A stretch of DNA of 22,590 nt from a virus (Duplodnaviria; Heunggongvirae; Uroviricota; Caudoviricetes), in the IMG/VR virus record IMGVR_UViG_3300014970_000006, positions 1 through 22,590 of that record; one strand, written 5' to 3'. Shown here piece after piece: positions 1 to 8,608 of this stretch (the first letter of the stretch is position 1; each line of letters begins with the position of its first letter). The position numbers and the translations under genes were made by a program. The notes under the pieces are model-generated. The model ran no database searches, was not told where the DNA came from, and was given only the letters and a program-made list of their open reading frames with translations.

Positions 1-60
1 TGGTAGAGCAGCGCATTCGTAATGCGAAGGTCGTAGGTTCGACTCCTATTATCGGCACCA
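1..60 (+). tRNA. thrW: 3' portion of tRNA-Thr (anticodon CGU), truncated by the window edge; likely prophage attachment site
   Basis: Anticodon loop TTCGTAA (U33, anticodon CGT, A37); T-arm GGTTCGACTCC; acceptor 3' strand TATCGGC plus CCA ending at 60; integrase gene lies immediately adjacent. Confidence 0.85.
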
Positions 61-104
61 TTTAAATCAATAAGTTACACATCATTAGTACCTTCCTTAT
101 TTTT

Positions 105-1238
105 TTACTGGGACAAATTTGGGACCGATGGGTTCAGGATCGAGTCTATTTGCCGTGCGTGTTCGGTAAGGTGATTAGGTGCAAGGTGAGCATATCGACG
201 AACCATTTCGATAGACTCCCAGCCTCCCATTTCCTGTAACACTGACAACGGGACTCCGGCTTGAACCAGCCAACTTGCCCAGGTGTGTCTCAAGTCGTGA
301 AATCTGAAATCATCAATACCAGCCCGTCTCAGCGCCGCTTTCCAGGCTGTGTTTGCGTCATACCGCATCTTCCTTACTGTTGGCGCTTTCGTTCCGTCTG
401 GTTTGGTACAGCTTTCCTTGTACACAAATACCCAACGGTGATGATTCCCGATTTGTTTTTTCAATACGCGACATGCAGTATCATTCAGCGCAACGCCAAT
501 TGCGCGGTTTGATTTACTCTCTTCCGGGTTTATCCATGCCACCCGGCGCTGCATATCTATTTGTTGCCATTCAAGGTTGATGATGTTCGAGCGTCTTAAA
601 CCTGTTGCCAGTGCAAATTCAACAACAGACTTTAATGGCTCCGGACATTCATCAATCAGCCTTTGTGCTTCATGGGGCTCCAGCCAGCGGATCCGTTTAT
701 TCTTTGGTTGAGGCACTTTAATAATTGGTGCCTTATCCAGCATTTTCCATTCACGCTCTGCGGCTCTTAGTAGGGCCTTTATAAATGAAAGATGCGTAGC
801 CTTCGTTGCAACGGACGCTGGTTTTGGCGTGTATTCTGGAACAGGTTTCCCTTTTTTTCTGCATGCTTCTGCCCTGAGTTTCCAGTTTTCCTCATGACGC
901 CGGTTCGTCATTTTCTGCATTGCTGAATAAATTTTTGATTCAGTAATGTCTCTTAGTTGCATTCCTGCGAAATGTTGAAGCCAGAATCCGATCCGGCTTT
1001 TGTCATCGTCCAGTGATTTTTTATGTGCTTTCTCTTCAAGCCACCTGACACACGCTTCCTCGAACGTTATATCAGGTATTTCACCAAGTTTGCTGACCCG
1101 CCATGCTTCAGCCTTTAGCTTGTCATGGAGTTCTGTCGCCTGCCTTTTGTCCTTTGTTCCAAGAGACTGTTTAAATCTTTTACCGTTCGGCAATGTGAAA
1201 CTGGCGTACCATATTTCACCTCTGCGGAAGAGTGACAT
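105..1238 (-). CDS. Tyrosine recombinase / phage integrase (P4-like family)
   Basis: 377-aa ORF; C-terminal catalytic-domain motifs ([36 protein letters not shown]); GAGGAAAG RBS upstream of ATG at 1238; next to tRNA 3' end. Confidence 0.92.
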   Translation of the reverse strand: MSLFRRGEIWYASFTLPNGKRFKQSLGTKDKRQATELHDKLKAEAWRVSKLGEIPDITFEEACVRWLEEKAHKKSLDDDKSRIGFWLQHFAGMQLRDITESKIYSAMQKMTNRRHEENWKLRAEACRKKGKPVPEYTPKPASVATKATHLSFIKALLRAAEREWKMLDKAPIIKVPQPKNKRIRWLEPHEAQRLIDECPEPLKSVVEFALATGLRRSNIINLEWQQIDMQRRVAWINPEESKSNRAIGVALNDTACRVLKKQIGNHHRWVFVYKESCTKPDGTKAPTVRKMRYDANTAWKAALRRAGIDDFRFHDLRHTWASWLVQAGVPLSVLQEMGGWESIEMVRRYAHLAPNHLTEHARQIDSILNPSVPNLSQ

Positions 1239-1465
1239 TTTCTTTCCTCTGTTATGCCATCACCCGCGCTCACCTGGACAGTATGCAGCGGAGACTGAAG
1301 AGCCGCAATGCAGGCTTGTCGTGTTGTGAGGTAAGGAGATTTATTCTTAGTGGGATCTTTGCGTGTTGCCTGAAGACGCCCTGTGCGTATCCAGTTAATG
1401 GCAGTCGGTCTGGATATCTTGAGAAAATGACAGGCCTCATCGAGTGTGAGGCTGTATGGCTCCAT
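1115..1465 (-). CDS. Excisionase-like small HTH protein (AlpA/Xis family)
   Basis: Internal Met start [31 protein letters not shown] resembles AlpA/Xis HTH; sits directly upstream of int; 3' end overlaps int by ~124 nt in another frame, so true extent is uncertain. Confidence 0.4.
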   Translation of the reverse strand: MEPYSLTLDEACHFLKISRPTAINWIRTGRLQATRKDPTKNKSPYLTTRQACIAALQSPLHTVQVSAGDGITEERKCHSSAEVKYGTPVSHCRTVKDLNSLLEQRTKGRRQNSMTS

Positions 1466-1770
1466 TATTTCACCTCTTGCTGTGACATTGTTGAAAAATG
1501 GATACCAGCTCGTTGCTGCCAGACGATCCAACCGAGAGTCATATCCCATGCCATGTATTCGTTATCGCCGTTTTTTGCTCTCCGACGATCTACTAAGTCA
1601 CCGAAACGCTTTTCCATGAATAATTCATAAGCTTCGCGTTCATCTGGTTCTACTTCCAGCGATAGGAGTGCGATTTCATAAGCACGGCGCTCAATATCGT
1701 CTCGCACGTCAAGGCTGCTGATACGCTCTTTAATTTCTTTAATCAGTTCTTTGTCGGTAAAAGTGGTCAT
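1465..1770 (-). CDS. Hypothetical small acidic prophage protein
   Basis: ORF from internal Met (MTTFTDKELIKEIKERISSL...), same strand as xis/int and tightly packed against the xis-like start; no family recognised. Confidence 0.4.
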   Translation of the reverse strand: MTTFTDKELIKEIKERISSLDVRDDIERRAYEIALLSLEVEPDEREAYELFMEKRFGDLVDRRRAKNGDNEYMAWDMTLGWIVWQQRAGIHFSTMSQQEVK

Positions 1771-2533
1771 TATGCTCCAGCCTCCGGTGCTTTTGGCATT
1801 AACGCGTAAGGCGCGTCGCCAGGGTAACCGCAATGCGTCGAATGTTTATCAGCTTAACGTTGCGAAGCTTCAGGCAGCGGCATTTTCTCAACTGTCAGAT
1901 TCTGACCCGTCAAAATCTGACGCATCAAAATCTGACCCGTCAAAATTTGATGCGTCGAAATCTGGCAAAAAAGCGGGTTTTCACCCGTCAGAATCTGGCG
2001 GGGATCCGTCAGTAAAATCAAAACATGATCCGTCAGATAAAAAACCTTCTCGTCCGGACGCTTCGCAACCGGACACGCAGACGGATGAACAGGATTTTTT
2101 AACTCGCCATCCTGATGCGGTTGTATTCAGCCCTAAAAAGCGCCAGTGGGGAACGCAGGATGATTTGACCTGCGCACAGTGGCTCTGGAAAAAAATCATC
2201 GCCCTGTACGAGCAAGCCGCCGAATGTGACGGCGAGGTGGTTCGTCCCAAAGAACCGAACTGGACAGCCTGGGCAAACGAAATTCGCCTGATGTGTGTGC
2301 AGGATGGTCGTACTCACAAACAAATCTGCGAGATGTACAGCCGCGTCAGCCGCGATCCGTTCTGGTGCCGTAACGTGCTCAGCCCGTCGAAGTTGCGGGA
2401 AAAATGGGATGAGCTTTCCCTGCGCTTATCGCCGTCCGTCAGCACGCACACAGAAAAACGCGAAGACCCGTACTTCAAAGCCAGTTACGACAATGTGGAC
2501 TACAGCCAGATCCCGGCGGGATTCAGGGGGTGA
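1751..2533 (+). CDS. Phage replication protein with DnaT-like C-terminal domain; gene contains an iteron array
   Basis: C-terminus ends ...DYSQIPAGFRG, closely resembling the C-terminal end of primosomal protein DnaT (...SQIPPGFRG); N-terminal third is a repetitive translation of 15-bp iterons; true start uncertain. Confidence 0.6.
   Translation: MSVKVVIMLQPPVLLALTRKARRQGNRNASNVYQLNVAKLQAAAFSQLSDSDPSKSDASKSDPSKFDASKSGKKAGFHPSESGGDPSVKSKHDPSDKKPSRPDASQPDTQTDEQDFLTRHPDAVVFSPKKRQWGTQDDLTCAQWLWKKIIALYEQAAECDGEVVRPKEPNWTAWANEIRLMCVQDGRTHKQICEMYSRVSRDPFWCRNVLSPSKLREKWDELSLRLSPSVSTHTEKREDPYFKASYDNVDYSQIPAGFRG
1895..2045 (+). repeat. Iteron-like direct repeat array (~15-bp period, about 7-8 copies) inside the replication gene; candidate origin
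   Basis: Repeated CCGTCA(A/G)AATCTGAC-type units visible at ~1908, 1921, 1936, 1951, 1985, 2006, 2030. Confidence 0.6.
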
Positions 2534-3024
2534 TCATGAGTCTTTTGAATGACGTTCAGAAATTCATTGAAGCCCATCCGGGCTGTTCTTCCGGAGACAT
2601 TGCGGATGCTTTTGCAGGTTACTCACGGCTGCGCGTTCTGCAGTCAGCAAGCAAGTTACGTCAGAGTGGGCGTGTGGCTCACCGTTGTGAAGGAGATACA
2701 CGCAGACATTTCCCGCGCCTGACTGAGAGAGCGCAGGAGCCGGAACCACAACCAGTTCGTGAAACCAGACCTGTGCGCAATTTCTATGTCGGCACTAACG
2801 ATCCCCGGGTGATTTTGTGCCTGACCCGCCAGGCTGAAGAACTGGAGTCCAGGGGCTTATACCGTCGTGCTGCAACGGTGTGGATGGCGGCATTCCGTGA
2901 AAGCCACTCCCAGCCAGAACGAAACAATTTTCTGGCGCGTCGTGAGCAGTGCTTACAGAAAAGCAGCAAGCGCGCTGCATCGGGTGAAGAGTGGTATCTG
3001 TCAGGGAATTACGTGGGGGCGTAA
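2530..3024 (+). CDS. PerC-family transcriptional activator-like protein
   Basis: C-terminal region LESRGLYRRAATVWMAAFRESHSQPERNNFLARREQCL resembles the PerC motif as recalled; ATGA overlap with upstream gene. Confidence 0.45.
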   Translation: MIMSLLNDVQKFIEAHPGCSSGDIADAFAGYSRLRVLQSASKLRQSGRVAHRCEGDTRRHFPRLTERAQEPEPQPVRETRPVRNFYVGTNDPRVILCLTRQAEELESRGLYRRAATVWMAAFRESHSQPERNNFLARREQCLQKSSKRAASGEEWYLSGNYVGA

Positions 3025-3350
3025 TGACGACGTTAACTCAATGCCAGCATCAGGTGCTGGATATGCTGATTTCTTACCAGAAAGAGCGTGGCTTTCCGCC
3101 AACCAATCAGGAGGTGGCAACCATGCTGGGATACCGTTCAGTGAATGCAGCGGTAGAGCATCTTCGTGCACTGGAGAAAAAAGGCGTCATCACGATAAAG
3201 CGTGGCGTGGCCCGGGGGATCACGCTTCATACCACAGTGAAGGACGACGACAGCGAGGCAGCCGGGATTATCCGCGCACTGCTTGCCGGTGAGGAAAACG
3301 CCAGACTGCGTGCAGCCCACTGGTTACATGAGAGGGGCCTGAAAGTATGA
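3024..3350 (+). CDS. LexA N-terminal DNA-binding domain protein, lacking the S24 peptidase domain
   Basis: MTTLTQCQHQVLDMLISYQKERGFPPTNQEVATMLGYRSVNAAVEHLRALEKKGVITI matches the LexA winged-helix domain pattern; only 109 aa; TAATG overlap with upstream gene. Confidence 0.65.
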   Translation: MTTLTQCQHQVLDMLISYQKERGFPPTNQEVATMLGYRSVNAAVEHLRALEKKGVITIKRGVARGITLHTTVKDDDSEAAGIIRALLAGEENARLRAAHWLHERGLKV

Positions 3351-3736
3351 AGCTGATCCTGCCTTTCCCGCCCAGCGTGAACACGTACTGGCGACACCCC
3401 AACAAAGGGGCGTTTGCTGGTAAGAGTCTGATAAGCGCAGCGGGGCGCAAATTCCAGAGCGCGGCATGCGCAGCAATAGTTGAGCAGTTACGTCGTCTGC
3501 CGAAACCAACGTCGGCACCTGCTTCAGTGGAGATCGTGTTGTTTCCTCCGGATAACCGGATCCGCGATCTGGACAACTATAACAAGGCGCTGTTTGACGC
3601 CCTGACCCACGCGGGTGTGTGGGAAGACGACAGACAGGTGAAAAGAATGCTGGTGGAGTGGGGACCGGTTATCCCGGAAGGGAAGGTCGAGATCACTATC
3701 AGTAAGTATGAGAAACCGGCGGGTGCAGCCGCCTGA
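3347..3736 (+). CDS. rusA: RusA-family Holliday junction resolvase
   Basis: 129 aa; LPFPPSVNTYWRH ... RDLDNYNKALFDALTHAGVWEDDRQV matches RusA signature regions; ATGA overlap with upstream gene. Confidence 0.88.
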   Translation: MKLILPFPPSVNTYWRHPNKGAFAGKSLISAAGRKFQSAACAAIVEQLRRLPKPTSAPASVEIVLFPPDNRIRDLDNYNKALFDALTHAGVWEDDRQVKRMLVEWGPVIPEGKVEITISKYEKPAGAAA

Positions 3737-3755
3737 TTAAGAGGAGAAACGAAGT

Positions 3756-4553
3756 ATGAATAATCTGATGGTTATTGATGGTATTGAAGTTCGTCGTGAT
3801 GCTTATGGGCGTTACAGCCTGAACGATCTGCACAGGGCTGCCGGTTCTCTGGATAAGCATAAGCCTGCATTCTGGCTCCGCAATGAGCAAGCTGAACGTT
3901 TAATAAGCGAGTTGCAGATTTGCAACTCGGTCAATATAGAGCCAGTTAACGTTATTCGTGGCGGAAATAACCAGGGGACGTATGTCTGCAAAGAACTGGT
4001 GTATGCCTATGCAATGTGGATCAGCCCGTCATTCCATCTGAAGGTGATCCGTACTTTCGATATGGTAACCAGCACACCGGAAAAATTATCCGGGCAGGCT
4101 GCTGACAAGATGCAGGCTGGCGTGATCCTGCTGGACTTTATGCGCCGGGAATTAAACCTGTCTAACTCATCAGTGCTTGGTGCCTGTCAGAAACTCCAGG
4201 AGGCTGTTGGCTTACCGAATCTGGCACCGCGCTATGCCATTGATGCTCCTGCTGATGCACACGATGGCTCAAGTCGCCCGACACTGTCACTGAGTGCACT
4301 GCTGAAACAGTATGGTATCCGCCTGACGGCTAATCAGGCATATCACCAGATGGTGAAACTGGGGATCGTCGAGCAGCGCGAACGATACAGCCGTACCGCG
4401 ATTAACAACATCAAAAAATTCTGGTCGCTGACAGCGAAAGGTTGCATGTTCGGCAAGAACATCACCAGTCCCGCAAATCCGCGTGAGACGCAGCCGCATT
4501 TCTTCGAATCCCGATTCCCTGAGCTGTTAAAGCTGCTCGATACCGTTCATTGA
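3756..4553 (+). CDS. KilA-N domain protein
   Basis: N-terminal YSLNDLHRAAG...KPAFWLRNEQAERLISEL...GGNNQGTYVCKELVYAYAMWISPSFHLKVIRTF is KilA-N-like; GAGGAG RBS upstream. Confidence 0.8.
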   Translation: MNNLMVIDGIEVRRDAYGRYSLNDLHRAAGSLDKHKPAFWLRNEQAERLISELQICNSVNIEPVNVIRGGNNQGTYVCKELVYAYAMWISPSFHLKVIRTFDMVTSTPEKLSGQAADKMQAGVILLDFMRRELNLSNSSVLGACQKLQEAVGLPNLAPRYAIDAPADAHDGSSRPTLSLSALLKQYGIRLTANQAYHQMVKLGIVEQRERYSRTAINNIKKFWSLTAKGCMFGKNITSPANPRETQPHFFESRFPELLKLLDTVH

Positions 4554-4554
4554 G

Positions 4555-5556
4555 GTGACCGTGAGAGCACTACTGACCCCTGAAATTGCCCCGTGTATGG
4601 GGATCGTATTGTTCAGGCCAGGTTCAGAGCTGATGCCCCTGTTTATGCAGGGGCGTGTCCTGCTGGAGCCTGAGCCGGAACGTTATTCATCTTTCGCCAG
4701 TGGTGCCGTTCCGGCGGCATCACAACCGCTGGCGGATGATCCTGCCGTTCGGGCCGTGTTCCGCAATGAGGCAGTGATCCGTCGTGCTGGTGGCGTGGAA
4801 TGTCTTGAAAGCTGGTTACTTCGTGAAAAAGGCTGCCAGTGGCCTCATTCCGACTGGCACAGCGAGAACATGACCACAATGCGGCACGCGCCGGGCGCAA
4901 TCCGTCTGTGCTGGCACTGCGATAACCAGTTGCGCGATCAGTTCACGGAACGGCTGGAATCAATGGCAACGGATAACTGTGCCCGCTGGGTGTTATCTGT
5001 TGTGCGCCGTGATCTCGGTTTTGATGATAGTCACGTTGTGACAATGCCGGAACTGTGCTGGTGGCTGGTTCGTAATGACCTGGCGGATGCCTTACCGGAA
5101 AGTGCAGCCCGTAAGGCACTGAGATTACCGAAGCCTGTTGTGCCGTCTGTTACCCGGGAAAGTGACCTTGTGCCTTCGGTTCCTGCCACCAGCATCATCC
5201 AGGATAAAGCGAAAAAGGTGCTGGCGCTGAAAGTGGATCCGGAGTCGCCGGAGTCTTTTATGTTACGCCCAAAACGTCGCCGCTGGGTTAATGAAAAGTA
5301 CACGCGCTGGGTTAAGACACAGCCGTGTGCATGTTGTGGAAAGCCTGCTGATGATCCCCACCACCTGACAGGTCACGGTCAGGGTGGAATGGGAACAAAA
5401 GCGCATGACCTCTTTGTGTTGCCTTTGTGCAGAAAGCATCACGACGAGCTGCATGCGGATACCGTGGCATTTGAAGAGATGTATGGCTCCCAGCTGGAGC
5501 TGATATTTCGTTTTATCGATCGTGCGCTGGCGATCGGCGTAATTGCGACAGCTTAA
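4555..5556 (+). CDS. DUF968-like (YdfU-like) prophage protein with C-terminal Cys/His cluster
   Basis: C-terminal CACCGKPADDPHHL...LCRKHHDELH suggests a zinc-binding, HNH-like fold; sits directly upstream of the Q-like gene, as ydfU does relative to the Q-like gene in the Qin prophage; start codon uncertain. Confidence 0.55.
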   Translation: MTVRALLTPEIAPCMGIVLFRPGSELMPLFMQGRVLLEPEPERYSSFASGAVPAASQPLADDPAVRAVFRNEAVIRRAGGVECLESWLLREKGCQWPHSDWHSENMTTMRHAPGAIRLCWHCDNQLRDQFTERLESMATDNCARWVLSVVRRDLGFDDSHVVTMPELCWWLVRNDLADALPESAARKALRLPKPVVPSVTRESDLVPSVPATSIIQDKAKKVLALKVDPESPESFMLRPKRRRWVNEKYTRWVKTQPCACCGKPADDPHHLTGHGQGGMGTKAHDLFVLPLCRKHHDELHADTVAFEEMYGSQLELIFRFIDRALAIGVIATA

Positions 5557-6267
5557 GTGTATGGAGCGCTGAGAAGTATGAATCAACAAGACTTGAATTT
5601 TGTCAGAATAGAACTACGTCGTGCGCTGTTTGACTTCTCTGGGGGGACAAAAGGGCAGCTTGAGGCTTTCACTGAACACCCACCAGCAGACAAAAATGCC
5701 ACTCCACGCCGTGGAATTCATCTTGTCGAACTCGAAGGTGATAAGGGACCACGCTTTGTTAACTCGCTTTCCGCGCCATTGTACGTGCAAGAAACACGTA
5801 GCCGCCCCAGGCCAATGCCGCCGATAAAAGATGTAGAATTTGAGTCCGCGCCGTGGCGTAGGGCAGTGTCCGCGCTTAGTGGATACCAGCAGGCTTGGTT
5901 GCGGTACTGTTACGGTTTTGACCTTAACTATACGCACCAGGTGATGATGTGTGAATACGTCTGGAAGGCTTATCAGAAATGCTTGGGTAAAAACTCACTT
6001 CAGGAGCGCGTAGTAAAAAAACTAATAGGCCTAGTATGGCTTGCAGGACAGGAAATTGCTGCAACCCGAAACAATGAAACCTATAAAGACTACGCTGGTG
6101 CGGCGCTGGCCCGTATGGTTAGCGTTGACCGTTCGACATGGTTGCGCGTCTATTCAGGCCACTGGGCTGGGTTAAAGGCCGCTTTTACCCAGCTTGATGA
6201 GTCTGCGCTGGCCATGGCTCTTGAATACTATGAGGATGAAGAAGCTCTCAAAGTGGGAGAAATATGA
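5557..6267 (+). CDS. Putative late-gene antiterminator (Q-like)
   Basis: Called mainly by position: immediately upstream of a promoter plus short-transcript terminator unit and the lysis cassette; no catalytic motif identified. Confidence 0.45.
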   Translation: MYGALRSMNQQDLNFVRIELRRALFDFSGGTKGQLEAFTEHPPADKNATPRRGIHLVELEGDKGPRFVNSLSAPLYVQETRSRPRPMPPIKDVEFESAPWRRAVSALSGYQQAWLRYCYGFDLNYTHQVMMCEYVWKAYQKCLGKNSLQERVVKKLIGLVWLAGQEIAATRNNETYKDYAGAALARMVSVDRSTWLRVYSGHWAGLKAAFTQLDESALAMALEYYEDEEALKVGEI

Positions 6268-6297
6268 CGTAAATTTCACTATCTCCTTCAAACGCGC

Positions 6298-6326
6298 TTG
6301 CAAAATACAACAAAATAAGCCATATT
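6298..6326 (+). promoter_or_regulatory. Candidate late promoter (PR'-like)
   Basis: TTGCAA, 17-nt spacer, CATATT; about 50 nt upstream of a strong intrinsic terminator. Confidence 0.3.
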
Positions 6327-6360
6327 GGAAGCATGTTTGATATGTTGCCAAAGTTTTATA

Positions 6361-6387
6361 AACCCGCCGACGAGCGGGTTTTTTGAT
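6361..6387 (+). terminator. Intrinsic terminator (tR'-like) ending a short leader transcript
   Basis: CCCGCCGACGAGCGGG hairpin followed by TTTTTT. Confidence 0.8.
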
Positions 6388-6460
6388 ATGCGACATAACC
6401 TATAACATTTTTTATAAAATAAAATATAATTGCTTTACCATTATCCTGTGAGTTGAGCAA

Positions 6461-7246
6461 ATGTATATATTTGAATTGACCAAACCTGGCAACTGGCTTG
6501 AAAGTGAAGACAAAGAGTGGTCTTGGAAAATAGAACGGCTTTTGGACCATCTTGAATTTGCATTTTATGAGGCTAATGTTGCATTAAATTTATTTATGCA
6601 GCAGCAAAACAATCAAATAGAACAACAAGGGGTTTCGCAATTGCAATGGGAAAAAGAAATGCAAGAACGAAGAACCATCGAAACACTAGTTCGTGAGGAG
6701 TTAGGTTTATCCCCTTTTGAGAATCCTGAAAACATACAATTTGAGGTGGACGCGAGGTTTAAACGAGAAAAGTGGAGTTCTGGTGAAATTCCACGTAGCC
6801 ACAAACATTGTGTGATTTTTATTTATGCAAAATCTTTTCTTTATTCTCTTGATACTATTGATAAATTTATAAAGGTTATTTCGAATGAACCTTATGCTCC
6901 TGAGTCGATAAAAGCCCTACACGATCAGATAGGTAAAGATTTTCCTGATCTCAGAGGGGTTAGGAATTCAACTCAACACCTCGAAGATAGGGCTCGAGGG
7001 CTTGGCGCAGGGAGAGAACCGAAGCCTTTGAATCTCCAGCCTATAAGTAATACCTTCATAAATGCACCGCAAGGTGCTTTGATATTAAATAATCTGAATG
7101 GCACCAAATTCGGGTCAACTATGTCTGATGGTCACTATGGTGAAGTGGACATTTCACCTGAATCGTTATCAAAAATGCAAAGTATTGTTCAGGGCGTTCT
7201 TGACTCGTTTAAGTGGGTTGGTAATCAGCAACACTTACCAAGTTAA
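6461..7246 (+). CDS. Moron-encoded 261-aa protein with HEPN-type RNxxxH motif; candidate abortive-infection or toxin RNase
   Basis: AT-rich ORF between Q and the lysis genes; TATAAT at 6425-6430 upstream; strong terminator downstream; motif RNSTQH in ...DLRGVRNSTQHLEDR... Confidence 0.65.
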   Translation: MYIFELTKPGNWLESEDKEWSWKIERLLDHLEFAFYEANVALNLFMQQQNNQIEQQGVSQLQWEKEMQERRTIETLVREELGLSPFENPENIQFEVDARFKREKWSSGEIPRSHKHCVIFIYAKSFLYSLDTIDKFIKVISNEPYAPESIKALHDQIGKDFPDLRGVRNSTQHLEDRARGLGAGREPKPLNLQPISNTFINAPQGALILNNLNGTKFGSTMSDGHYGEVDISPESLSKMQSIVQGVLDSFKWVGNQQHLPS

Positions 7247-7267
7247 CTAAACTTAATTATTCATATT

Positions 7268-7294
7268 AAGGCTGCCATATGGCGGCCTTTTTAT
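7268..7294 (+). terminator. Intrinsic terminator after the first moron
   Basis: AAGGCTGCC-ATAT-GGCGGCCTT hairpin followed by TTTTATT. Confidence 0.8.
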
Positions 7295-7339
7295 TCCCTT
7301 CACTTTTGAGAGGATTCACAGCAATTAAGAGGGGGCTAA

Positions 7340-7726
7340 ATGTCCGATCCGATTTCCGGCACAGGGTTAGCTGCTGGAGTCCTGACAGGCGCTAGTGTTT
7401 ATGGACTGCTGACCGGAACTGATTACGGTGTTGTATTTGGCGCATTTGCAGGGGCTGTATTCTACATCGCAACAGCAGCAGATCTGAGTTTATCGCGTCG
7501 ACTGGCATATTTTATCGTGTCGTATATTGCCGGAATCCTTTGCTCTGGGTTGGTTGGCTCCAAGCTGGCAAACTTGACCGGATACAGTGATAAACCTCTG
7601 GATGCTATTGGTGCCGTAATCGTCTCTGCTTTAGCCGTTAAAATCCTGACGTTTCTGAATAACCAGGATATCGGTTCGCTGGTGGCGCTTATAACGCGCC
7701 GGGGAGGTTCAGGTGGAGCTAAATGA
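7340..7726 (+). CDS. Putative holin (multi-transmembrane small membrane protein)
   Basis: 128 aa, Gly/Ala-rich hydrophobic segments, charged C-terminus; first gene of the lysis cassette upstream of the endolysin. Confidence 0.6.
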   Translation: MSDPISGTGLAAGVLTGASVYGLLTGTDYGVVFGAFAGAVFYIATAADLSLSRRLAYFIVSYIAGILCSGLVGSKLANLTGYSDKPLDAIGAVIVSALAVKILTFLNNQDIGSLVALITRRGGSGGAK

Positions 7727-7994
7727 CCCGACAGCAACTATAAATGCGCTGTTATGTGCTTGTGTTGTTATTACTCTGATGTTTTATCGTCGTGGTGATT
7801 CGCGGCATCGTCCTTGGGTTTCACGTTTAGCCTGGCTGATTACTGTTACATACAGTGCTGTTCCGTTGGCCTATCTCTGTGGGATTTATCCCCATTCCTC
7901 ATGGCCCATTATCGTGGCGAATACTATTTTTCTTTCCGTGCTGGTGGCCGTCAGAGGCAACGTTGCACGTCTGGTTGATCATCTGAGGCACTAA
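7713..7994 (+). CDS. Small membrane protein of the lysis cassette (second holin or antiholin-like)
   Basis: 93 aa with two or three hydrophobic helices; overlaps neighbours at both ends. Confidence 0.5.
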   Translation: MELNDPTATINALLCACVVITLMFYRRGDSRHRPWVSRLAWLITVTYSAVPLAYLCGIYPHSSWPIIVANTIFLSVLVAVRGNVARLVDHLRH

Positions 7995-8608
7995 TGAACC
8001 AACAATTATTTCAAAAGGCGGCTGGTATTAGCGCCGGGCTGGCTGCGCGCTGGTTTCCGCACATTGATGCGGCGATGAAGGAATTCGGCATTACAGCACC
8101 AGCGGATCAGGCAATGTTTATCGCTCAGGTAGGCCATGAGTCGATGGGGTTTAGCGCCGTAGTTGAAAATTTTAACTACACACCATCTGCGCTGGTGGCG
8201 TCGTTCGGAAAGAGGATTACACAGCAGCAGGCTGATGCCCTTGGCAGAACATCCGGACATGCAGCTCGTCAGGATGCTATTGCCAATCTTGTGTATAGCA
8301 ACCGACTGGGTAACAAAGCACCAGGTGATGGCTGGAAATATCGTGGTAGAGGATTAATTCAAATCACTGGCCTCCATAATTATCGCATCTGTGGCGCGGC
8401 GCTGAAGTTAGATCTGGTGACTTCACCTGAACAACTGGAACAGGAGCTACAGGCCGCGCGCTCAGCTGCATGGTTCTACACCTCTAAAGGTTGCATGGTC
8501 TACGGTACCGATATTAATCGTGTTACGCGCATCATTAACGGCGGTCTGAACGGTATTGAGGATCGTAAGGTTCGATACAACAAGGCGCGGGCGGCGCTGC
8601 TGGTATGA
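7994..8608 (+). CDS. Endolysin, glycoside hydrolase family 19 (chitinase-like lysozyme)
   Basis: 204 aa; FIAQVGHESMGF ... WKYRGRGLIQITGLHNY ... INGGLNGIEDR are typical GH19 endolysin segments. Confidence 0.85.
   Translation: MNQQLFQKAAGISAGLAARWFPHIDAAMKEFGITAPADQAMFIAQVGHESMGFSAVVENFNYTPSALVASFGKRITQQQADALGRTSGHAARQDAIANLVYSNRLGNKAPGDGWKYRGRGLIQITGLHNYRICGAALKLDLVTSPEQLEQELQAARSAAWFYTSKGCMVYGTDINRVTRIINGGLNGIEDRKVRYNKARAALLV

Noticed and set aside
1232-1630. 132-aa plus-strand ORF across the int/xis junction
   Set aside because: Opposite strand to the well-supported int and xis-like genes; no signals.
1833-2015. 60-aa plus-strand ORF and the repeat block considered as a possible CRISPR array or separate gene
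   Set aside because: Repeats have a ~15-bp period without spacers and lie within a coding frame; they fit iterons. The 60-aa ORF is an alternative-frame translation of the same repeats.
7462-7737. 91-aa minus-strand ORF overlapping the holin gene
   Set aside because: Antisense to the holin in a tightly packed lysis operon; no support.
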